This document shows positions 24,935 to 32,000 of a stretch of DNA of 32,000 nt, piece by piece. Where the stretch lies: NCBI RefSeq assembly GCF_000195955.2, contig NC_000962.3, forward strand, positions 540,001 to 572,000, read 5' to 3'. The first letter of the stretch is position 1. Every line of letters starts with the position of its first letter. The position numbers and the translations under genes are program-made. A model generated the notes under the pieces. That model had not been told where the DNA came from, searched no databases, and worked only from the letters and a program-made list of their open reading frames with translations. The stretch comes from Mycobacterium tuberculosis H37Rv. GTDB lineage: Bacteria > Actinomycetota > Actinomycetes > Mycobacteriales > Mycobacteriaceae.

Positions 24935-25020
24935 CGGGTGCTAACAAACGCTTGCAATAGCAAGCACTTGGACGTACTCTGGTGGCCGTTGCACCGATCA
25001 CCCCGAGCTAGGAGTAGCCA

Positions 25021-25443
25021 ATGTCGTCGGAGGAGAAGCTGGCCGCCAAGGTGTCCACCAAGGCCTCCGATGTGGCTTCCGACATCGGCAGCTTCATCAG
25101 GTCGCAACGTGAGACGGCGCACGTCTCGATGCGGCAGCTCGCCGAGCGGTCCGGCGTCAGCAATCCGTACCTGAGCCAGGTTGAGCGCGGATTGCGTAAG
25201 CCGTCCGCCGACGTGTTGAGCCAGATCGCAAAGGCGCTGCGGGTCTCGGCCGAAGTCCTTTATGTGCGCGCCGGGATTCTCGAGCCCAGCGAGACCAGTC
25301 AGGTGCGTGACGCCATCATCACCGATACGGCGATCACCGAGCGTCAGAAGCAGATTCTGCTCGATATCTACGCGTCATTTACCCACCAGAACGAAGCCAC
25401 CCGGGAGGAGTGTCCGAGCGATCCGACACCGACCGATGACTAG
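25021..25443 (+). CDS. XRE-family transcriptional regulator
   Basis: 140 aa. HTH: MRQLAERSGVSNPYLSQVERGLRKPSADVLSQIAKALRVS. Matches Rv0474. Confidence 0.92.
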   Translation: MSSEEKLAAKVSTKASDVASDIGSFIRSQRETAHVSMRQLAERSGVSNPYLSQVERGLRKPSADVLSQIAKALRVSAEVLYVRAGILEPSETSQVRDAIITDTAITERQKQILLDIYASFTHQNEATREECPSDPTPTDD

Positions 25444-25796
25444 CCGTTGGCCGGCTGTTTTGCGCACCGGCTGGCGGGTAATCAAACCTGAAGGACAGTC
25501 ATCTGGGTGAGGTCGACCGCAGGCTGATCCAGCCGATCGGCCGCGCTGGCCAACAGCGACTCCGTCGATGACGTGCAGCAAAGGAGACATGTAGTGACCG
25601 GATCAGCTGGGCCTGACATCTACGAACTCGACCGACAACCGACCCGACGATCAGAAGGTTTCCCCGGCAAGTCGCGTGCCATGTCAATCCGCGGGTCTTG
25701 ACTAGTCCTCCCTGGAGGAGCCGACGCTTGCCCCAACGTCCAGACCAAAGATGTAAGAACGCCGATATCAGAAAATAGTTAATGAAAGGAATACCC

Positions 25797-26396
25797 ATGG
25801 CTGAAAACTCGAACATTGATGACATCAAGGCTCCGTTGCTTGCCGCGCTTGGAGCGGCCGACCTGGCCTTGGCCACTGTCAACGAGTTGATCACGAACCT
25901 GCGTGAGCGTGCGGAGGAGACTCGTACGGACACCCGCAGCCGGGTCGAGGAGAGCCGTGCTCGCCTGACCAAGCTGCAGGAAGATCTGCCCGAGCAGCTC
26001 ACCGAGCTGCGTGAGAAGTTCACCGCCGAGGAGCTGCGTAAGGCCGCCGAGGGCTACCTCGAGGCCGCGACTAGCCGGTACAACGAGCTGGTCGAGCGCG
26101 GTGAGGCCGCTCTAGAGCGGCTGCGCAGCCAGCAGAGCTTCGAGGAAGTGTCGGCGCGCGCCGAAGGCTACGTGGACCAGGCGGTGGAGTTGACCCAGGA
26201 GGCGTTGGGTACGGTCGCATCGCAGACCCGCGCGGTCGGTGAGCGTGCCGCCAAGCTGGTCGGCATCGAGCTGCCTAAGAAGGCTGCTCCGGCCAAGAAG
26301 GCCGCTCCGGCCAAGAAGGCCGCTCCGGCCAAGAAGGCGGCGGCCAAGAAGGCGCCCGCGAAGAAGGCGGCGGCCAAGAAGGTCACCCAGAAGTAG
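25797..26396 (+). CDS. hbhA: Heparin-binding hemagglutinin adhesin
   Basis: 199 aa from ATG 25797 ([32 protein letters not shown]...), coiled-coil body, C-terminal Lys/Ala/Pro repeats. Confidence 0.97.
26277..26390 (+). repeat. hbhA: In-frame 18-bp and 15-bp repeats encoding KKAAPA / KKAAA in the hbhA C-terminus
   Basis: Three 18-nt units AAGAAGGCYGCTCCGGCC at 26277, 26295 and 26313, then three 15-nt units AAGAAGGCG... at 26331, 26346 and 26361. Confidence 0.9.
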
Positions 26397-26414
26397 TCGG
26401 GCTCCGAATCACCA

Positions 26415-26451
26415 TCGACTCCGAGTCGCCCACGGGGCGACTCGGAGTCGA
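26415..26451. terminator. Perfect 17-bp stem, 3-nt loop hairpin downstream of hbhA
   Basis: TCGACTCCGAGTCGCCC-ACG-GGGCGACTCGGAGTCGA. Confidence 0.88.
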
Positions 26452-26507
26452 CGTGTTGGATGCAAACCGCATAGTCTGAATGCGTGAGCCACCTCGTGGG
26501 TACCGTC

Positions 26508-26771
26508 ATGCTGGTATTGCTGGTCGCCGTCTTGGTGACAGCGGTGTACGCGTTTGTGCATGCTGCGTTGCAGCGGCCCGATGCCTATACCGCCGCCGAC
26601 AAGCTGACCAAGCCGGTGTGGTTGGTGATCCTGGGCGCGGCCGTGGCGTTGGCCTCCATCCTGTATCCCGTTTTGGGTGTGCTCGGGATGGCGATGTCCG
26701 CCTGTGCGTCCGGCGTGTATCTGGTCGACGTGCGGCCCAAGCTTCTCGAGATTCAGGGCAAGTCGCGCTAA
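26508..26771 (+). CDS. DUF2516-type small membrane protein
   Basis: 87 aa from ATG 26508: [43 protein letters not shown]... Matches Rv0476. Confidence 0.8.
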
Positions 26772-26775
26772 CGGA

Positions 26776-27222
26776 ATGAAAGCCCTGGTGGCCGTGTCGG
26801 CGGTGGCCGTCGTCGCACTGCTCGGTGTATCTTCCGCCCAAGCTGATCCCGAGGCGGATCCCGGCGCAGGTGAGGCCAACTATGGTGGCCCCCCAAGTTC
26901 CCCACGTCTTGTCGATCACACCGAATGGGCGCAGTGGGGAAGTCTGCCCAGCCTCCGGGTCTACCCGTCCCAAGTTGGGCGTACAGCCTCCCGCCGCCTC
27001 GGGATGGCCGCTGCCGACGCGGCCTGGGCCGAGGTTCTCGCGCTGTCACCGGAGGCCGACACTGCCGGCATGCGCGCGCAGTTCATCTGCCACTGGCAGT
27101 ACGCCGAAATCAGACAACCCGGCAAACCCAGCTGGAACCTCGAGCCGTGGCGGCCGGTCGTCGACGACTCGGAGATGTTGGCTTCCGGCTGCAATCCGGG
27201 CAGCCCTGAAGAGTCGTTTTAG
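26776..27222 (+). CDS. Secreted protein (DUF2599-like)
   Basis: 148 aa from ATG 26776 with signal peptide [23 protein letters not shown]. Matches Rv0477. Confidence 0.83.
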   Translation: MKALVAVSAVAVVALLGVSSAQADPEADPGAGEANYGGPPSSPRLVDHTEWAQWGSLPSLRVYPSQVGRTASRRLGMAAADAAWAEVLALSPEADTAGMRAQFICHWQYAEIRQPGKPSWNLEPWRPVVDDSEMLASGCNPGSPEESF

Positions 27223-27896
27223 TGCTCGGCCAACCGACTCGGGCGCAGTTGGCCGCGCTGGTAGACCACACCCTGCTCAAGCCTGAGACCACCCGTGCCG
27301 ATGTGGCCGCGCTGGTCGCCGAAGCCGCCGAACTCGGCGTCTACGCGGTCTGCGTGTCGCCGTCGATGGTGCCAGTTGCGGTCCAAGCCGGTGGTGTGCG
27401 GGTTGCGGCGGTGACGGGCTTCCCGTCGGGCAAGCACGTGTCCTCGGTCAAGGCGCATGAGGCGGCTGCGGCCCTGGCATCCGGCGCCAGTGAGATCGAC
27501 ATGGTCATCGACATCGGGGCTGCGCTGTGCGGTGACATCGACGCAGTGCGCTCCGACATCGAGGCGGTGCGTGCCGCTGCGGCCGGGGCTGTGCTCAAGG
27601 TGATCGTGGAGTCGGCGGTGCTGTTGGGACAGTCAAACGCGCACACGTTGGTGGATGCGTGTCGTGCCGCCGAGGATGCCGGTGCCGACTTCGTCAAAAC
27701 CTCGACTGGGTGTCATCCGGCCGGCGGGGCCACGGTGCGTGCCGTCGAGCTGATGGCCGAGACGGTCGGCCCTCGGCTAGGGGTCAAAGCCAGCGGTGGG
27801 ATCCGCACCGCCGCCGACGCGGTCGCGATGCTCAACGCCGGTGCCACCAGGTTGGGCCTGTCCGGCACCCGGGCGGTGCTCGATGGGCTCAGCTGA
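27222..27896 (+). CDS. deoC: Deoxyribose-phosphate aldolase
   Basis: 224 aa. [44 protein letters not shown]. Confidence 0.96.
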   Translation: MLGQPTRAQLAALVDHTLLKPETTRADVAALVAEAAELGVYAVCVSPSMVPVAVQAGGVRVAAVTGFPSGKHVSSVKAHEAAAALASGASEIDMVIDIGAALCGDIDAVRSDIEAVRAAAAGAVLKVIVESAVLLGQSNAHTLVDACRAAEDAGADFVKTSTGCHPAGGATVRAVELMAETVGPRLGVKASGGIRTAADAVAMLNAGATRLGLSGTRAVLDGLS

Positions 27897-27920
27897 CAGC
27901 TGAGCGCGCGGGTGGCGGCG

Positions 27921-28967
27921 TCAAATGTGCGAGAAGCAGGGATTCTGGATGCCGGTGGGGATAGCCGCGTCGCGAGTTGAGAACCGGCTCACCACGCCGG
28001 TCGAGGTGACTTGCACGCTGTCCGCGTGAATCCCCAACGGGTAGTTCTTGGTCAGGCTGGAGGTGAACTCGTTCAGCGTCGACTGAACGGTTTCTTTCGG
28101 CAGCGAGAACCCGAGCGTGTTGAAATTGATGATCTGCAGCTCCAATCCTTTGCCAGCCACTATCGGCTTGGCTGTGATGTTGTTCAGCAGGCCCTTCAGT
28201 TCGACGGTGCCGTCTGCGGGGTGAGTGACCACGCTGCTGGTGACGAAAGCGCCCAGGATCGGAATCGCGTTTTGCACCGATTCCTTGATGCCTTCCGACG
28301 ACCAGGTAATGGTGGCGTCCAGGGCGCCGATCGTGCCCCTAGAGTTGGGGGTGTTCTTGAGCCGGACGTTCTGGATCGTGAGCTTTATCTGCATGCCCTT
28401 GGCATCGCGGATCTGATTGCCCGCGGTTTCCACCGAGATATTGGTGAAGTGCCGCGTAGCGACCTGCCACAGCAGCAGCGGCGCCACACCGAAGGATGCG
28501 GTGGCTTGGTCTTTGACCACGCATGCGACCGCTTGGGCGACCTTGCTATTGGCAACATGGCGAGCGTATAGCTCGCCTCCGATCAGCCCGGCGAGGACGA
28601 GCGAAAACACGATGATCAGGACAAGAAAGACGGTTAGCGGGTCGCGGCGGGCACGTCGTTTGGTCTTCACCGCCGCTGGCTCTTCCTCTTGCGCAGCCAG
28701 CAGGCCCGTTGGGTCCCACGCCTGGTGCGCAGCTTGGCGGCCGGATCGCCGTGTGTGGGCATGCGACGCAGCCAGATGCTCAGTTTGCGGCTGCTGCTCC
28801 GGTTGGGTGGGCGGACTCACCGGTTCTTGGATATGACCCGCGGGCTCGCCGGGGCGCAGTCGACCGGTGGATGCTTCGGACGATGCCGGGGGTCGGGCGA
28901 GCGGACCTTGATCCCCAGGGCGCGCCCAGGGCGACGGGTCGTTCGGTGGACCTTGCGGGTTGGTCAC
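27921..28967 (-). CDS. DUF2993-like membrane-anchored protein
   Basis: 348 aa. Cytosolic Pro/Gln-rich N-terminus, one TM segment (PLTVFLVLIIVFSLVLAGLIGGELY), extracytoplasmic DUF2993-like domain. Matches Rv0479c. Confidence 0.8.
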   Translation of the reverse strand: MTNPQGPPNDPSPWARPGDQGPLARPPASSEASTGRLRPGEPAGHIQEPVSPPTQPEQQPQTEHLAASHAHTRRSGRQAAHQAWDPTGLLAAQEEEPAAVKTKRRARRDPLTVFLVLIIVFSLVLAGLIGGELYARHVANSKVAQAVACVVKDQATASFGVAPLLLWQVATRHFTNISVETAGNQIRDAKGMQIKLTIQNVRLKNTPNSRGTIGALDATITWSSEGIKESVQNAIPILGAFVTSSVVTHPADGTVELKGLLNNITAKPIVAGKGLELQIINFNTLGFSLPKETVQSTLNEFTSSLTKNYPLGIHADSVQVTSTGVVSRFSTRDAAIPTGIQNPCFSHI

Positions 28968-29806
28968 CCACGCGATTGTGCCTTATCGATCTGAACGAAG
29001 TCTGTCTGGTTGCGTAGCACCGCAATGCGGTCGCGAGCCGCGGCCACATTGTCGACATCGATGTCGGCGACCAGCAGTTGCGGCTGGGTGCCAGCTGACA
29101 CCACCACCTCGCCTAGCGGCGAGGCCACCAGGCTGCCGCCTACCCCGGTCGGTGCAGCCGAGCTCGCCCCCACGCCGGTGCGGGCATCACCTGGGTCTGC
29201 TTGGCCGGCCGCGGCGACGTAACTCATGGAGTCTAGCGCCCGGGCGCGGGCCAGCAACGTCCACTGTTCGAGTTTGCCCGGACCGGAACCCCAGGATGCA
29301 CAGACCGCGATCAGTTGGGCCCCGCGCCGCGCCAGCTCGGTATAAAGGGCGGGAAAGCGAATGTCGTAGCAAACGGTCAAACCCACCCGCACGCCGTCGA
29401 CCACGACTACCACCGGTTCGCGCCCGGGTGCGACGGTACGTGACTCGGTGAAGCCGAACGCGTCATAGAGGTGGATCTTGTGGTAGTGCGCGTCCGGCTG
29501 ATTGGGCGTGCCCGGGCCGGCTGCGATCAGCGTGTTTGTTACCCGCCCGTCGCCGGTCGGGGTGAACATGCCGGCGATCACGGTGATGCCCGCCTCGGTC
29601 GCGATCCGTCGGACTCCGTTTGCCCAGGGTCCGTCGACGGGCTCGGCGACCTGCCGCAGCGGGACACCGAGCCGGCACATGGTCGCCTCAGGAAACACCA
29701 CCAGCTGTGCGCCCGCGGTGGCGGCTTCGCCGGCGTACTTGCCGACCAGTTGCAGATTGGCGGCGGGGTCGGTACCGCTGCGGATTTGCGCCAACGCGAT
29801 TCGCAT
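28964..29806 (-). CDS. Carbon-nitrogen hydrolase (nitrilase/amidase superfamily)
   Basis: 280 aa from ATG 29806. MRIALAQIRSGTDP, QLVVFPEATMCRLG, YHKIHLYDAFGFTES, VGLTVCYDIRFPALYTELARRGAQLI gives the E-K-C triad. ATGA coupling to the downstream gene. Confidence 0.92.
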   Translation of the reverse strand: MRIALAQIRSGTDPAANLQLVGKYAGEAATAGAQLVVFPEATMCRLGVPLRQVAEPVDGPWANGVRRIATEAGITVIAGMFTPTGDGRVTNTLIAAGPGTPNQPDAHYHKIHLYDAFGFTESRTVAPGREPVVVVVDGVRVGLTVCYDIRFPALYTELARRGAQLIAVCASWGSGPGKLEQWTLLARARALDSMSYVAAAGQADPGDARTGVGASSAAPTGVGGSLVASPLGEVVVSAGTQPQLLVADIDVDNVAAARDRIAVLRNQTDFVQIDKAQSRG

Positions 29807-29820
29807 GCGCGCCAGCCTAG

Positions 29821-29979
29821 GCCCGGCGACGAGCGCGCCGCACCGGCGCGCGCAGGAGCCGGGCAATCCAGCTTGCGCCCGGCGACGAGCGCGCCGCACC
29901 GGCGCGCGCAGGAGCCGGGCAATCCAGCTTGCGCCCGGCGACGAGCGCGCCGTACCGGCGCGCGCAGGAGCCGGGCAAG
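29821..29979. repeat. 56-bp tandem repeat, 2 full copies plus 1 partial (VNTR-like)
   Basis: Units start GCCCGGCGACGAGCGCGCCG at 29821, 29877 and 29933. Each contains GCGCGCCG-YAC-CGGCGCGC. Confidence 0.93.
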
Positions 29980-29987
29980 CTGGCACC

Positions 29988-30512
29988 TCAGACGTTGTTC
30001 GTGATCCACAGCGTGGTGAAGCGCTGTTCGATGGTCACTAGCTGGCTTAATTGGGTGCCGATAAGCCTCTCCAGCTTCCCGCCAATGAACGGGATACGCA
30101 CCTGGATGGTGACCTGCAGCGTCATTCGGGAGCCACCCGACTCCGGTATGGGCGAGAGCACGGCGGTGCCCCACAAGTTCACCGGAGCGTCCACGATCGA
30201 TCCCGCAATGGACGCGGTCGCGATGCCTTCCTTGACCGGGCCCCAGGTCTCCTCGCGCCGTACCGAAAGATCGCCCCGGTGCAACTGTGTGACCAGGCCG
30301 GGCAGATTGTGACTGCGCACCATCTGCAGGGTGACGACTTCGATGGTGCCGTCGTCTCCGGAGTCGCCACCTACGCGTATCGACTCAAGGGTCGCGACGT
30401 CGACCGGCGTTTCGGCCAGTCTGGCTTTCCAGTAGTCCGCCTCGTAGAAAGCCCGATGAACCTCCTCGACGCTGCCCTCGTAGTCGGCCGACATGTCGAA
30501 TGAACGCGGCAT
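29988..30512 (-). CDS. DUF2505-like (START/SRPBCC-type) protein
   Basis: 174 aa MPRSFDMSADYEGSVEEVHRAFYEADYWKARLAETPVD... Matches Rv0481c. Confidence 0.83.
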   Translation of the reverse strand: MPRSFDMSADYEGSVEEVHRAFYEADYWKARLAETPVDVATLESIRVGGDSGDDGTIEVVTLQMVRSHNLPGLVTQLHRGDLSVRREETWGPVKEGIATASIAGSIVDAPVNLWGTAVLSPIPESGGSRMTLQVTIQVRIPFIGGKLERLIGTQLSQLVTIEQRFTTLWITNNV

Positions 30513-30538
30513 AGCAGGTCAGGCTACCCTTACGGGCC

Positions 30539-31648
30539 ATGAAACGGAGCGGTGTCGGTTCGCTCTTTGCCGGTGCGCATATTGCCGAGGCGGTCCCGTT
30601 GGCGCCGCTGACCACTTTGCGTGTGGGCCCGATCGCCCGACGTGTCATCACTTGCACCAGCGCCGAACAGGTGGTGGCTGCGCTGCGGCACCTGGATTCG
30701 GCGGCCAAGACCGGAGCTGACCGCCCGCTGGTGTTTGCTGGTGGCTCCAATTTGGTGATCGCCGAGAACCTGACCGACCTGACCGTGGTGCGGTTGGCCA
30801 ATAGCGGCATCACCATCGACGGTAACTTGGTGCGGGCCGAGGCCGGTGCGGTCTTCGATGACGTGGTGGTTAGGGCCATCGAACAGGGTCTGGGCGGACT
30901 GGAATGCCTGTCTGGCATCCCAGGATCGGCCGGGGCGACACCCGTGCAGAACGTGGGGGCGTATGGCGCGGAGGTGTCTGACACCATCACTCGGGTTCGG
31001 CTTTTGGATCGGTGCACGGGTGAGGTGCGTTGGGTATCCGCGCGCGACCTGCGCTTCGGCTATCGCACGAGCGTGCTCAAACACGCTGATGGGCTTGCGG
31101 TGCCCACCGTGGTCTTGGAGGTGGAGTTTGCGCTGGATCCGTCGGGCCGCAGCGCACCGCTGCGCTACGGCGAGCTGATCGCCGCGCTGAATGCGACCAG
31201 CGGCGAGCGCGCCGACCCGCAAGCGGTCCGCGAAGCGGTGCTGGCCCTGCGGGCACGCAAGGGCATGGTGCTGGACCCGACCGACCATGACACCTGGAGC
31301 GTGGGATCGTTCTTCACAAACCCGGTGGTCACCCAGGATGTTTACGAACGGCTGGCCGGTGACGCGGCCACCAGAAAGGACGGTCCGGTCCCGCACTATC
31401 CCGCGCCCGACGGCGTCAAGCTGGCCGCCGGCTGGCTGGTGGAACGGGCCGGCTTCGGCAAGGGCTATCCGGATGCCGGCGCCGCCCCATGCCGGCTTTC
31501 CACCAAACATGCGCTGGCGCTGACAAATCGTGGCGGGGCCACCGCCGAAGATGTGGTGACGCTGGCGCGCGCCGTGCGCGATGGGGTCCATGATGTGTTT
31601 GGTATCACACTAAAACCCGAACCCGTGCTGATCGGCTGCATGTTGTAG
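30539..31648 (+). CDS. murB: UDP-N-acetylenolpyruvoylglucosamine reductase
   Basis: 369 aa. [64 protein letters not shown]. Confidence 0.95.
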
Positions 31649-31709
31649 CTGCGTTTTCGCGGCGGGGCGGCGTGGCGCGCATTGCTTAGGGCTGGTTGCC
31701 AGGCGTTCT

Positions 31710-32000
31710 GTGGTCATTCGTGTGCTGTTTCGCCCGGTATCTTTGATACCCGTGAATAACTCCAGCACCCCCCAGAGTCAGGGGCCGATCAGTCGGCGTC
31801 TGGCGTTGACGGCCCTTGGGTTTGGGGTGTTGGCACCGAACGTTCTGGTCGCGTGCGCCGGCAAAGTGACCAAGCTGGCCGAGAAGAGGCCGCCACCGGC
31901 GCCTCGTCTGACTTTCCGGCCTGCCGACTCTGCCGCCGACGTGGTGCCGATCGCGCCGATCAGCGTCGAGGTCGGTGACGGCTGGTTTCAGCGGGTCGCG
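31710..32000 (+). CDS. lprQ: L,D-transpeptidase lipoprotein LprQ, N-terminal part (runs off the window)
   Basis: The frame is open from GTG 31710 to the window end: [52 protein letters not shown]... (lipobox LVAC) ...[15 protein letters not shown]. Confidence 0.85.
   Translation, partial: MVIRVLFRPVSLIPVNNSSTPQSQGPISRRLALTALGFGVLAPNVLVACAGKVTKLAEKRPPPAPRLTFRPADSAADVVPIAPISVEVGDGWFQRVA

Noticed and set aside
29821-29979. Possible CRISPR array
   Set aside because: The repeats are directly contiguous with no unique spacers, and there are no cas genes nearby. It is a tandem repeat.
29502-30041. Plus and minus ORFs through the 56-bp repeats (for example ARRRARRTGARRSRA... proteins)
   Set aside because: Arg/Ala-rich translations come from the GC tandem repeat and disagree with the flanking coding frames.
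30530-31591. 353-aa minus-strand ORF opposite murB
   Set aside because: Shadow ORF; all MurB motifs are on the plus strand.

Overview
The window is a high-GC actinobacterial chromosome segment. Its gene order and protein sequences match the mmpL4-to-lprQ region (Rv0450c to Rv0483) of the Mycobacterium tuberculosis complex. That identification comes from recognising the translated proteins; no database search was run. It carries a siderophore export cluster (mmpL4/mmpS4, an IdeR-like box, an Rv0455c-like protein), a TetR regulator, PPE11, echA2, a mazEF-like locus, a prolyl oligopeptidase, an aldehyde dehydrogenase, lpdC, ramB, icl1, fadB2, umaA, pcaA, hbhA, deoC, a nitrilase-family gene, murB and the 5' end of lprQ. 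I see no large new multigene system, CRISPR array, rRNA/tRNA or transposon. The most notable observations are cryptic or decayed elements: (1) a 44-codon PE-like remnant overlapping the PPE11 start; (2) a mazEF locus whose toxin and antitoxin homology is spread over several frames, with four 10-bp-phased TAGTAA repeats next to it; (3) a UbiA-type prenyltransferase fossil split over three frames and corresponding to two 'hypothetical' ORFs; (4) a Cys-rich zinc-ribbon-like ORF antisense to and downstream of PPE11; (5) long perfect inverted repeats after icl1 and hbhA; (6) a 56-bp tandem repeat whose units each hold a GC hairpin; (7) clustered RamB-like motifs upstream of icl1.
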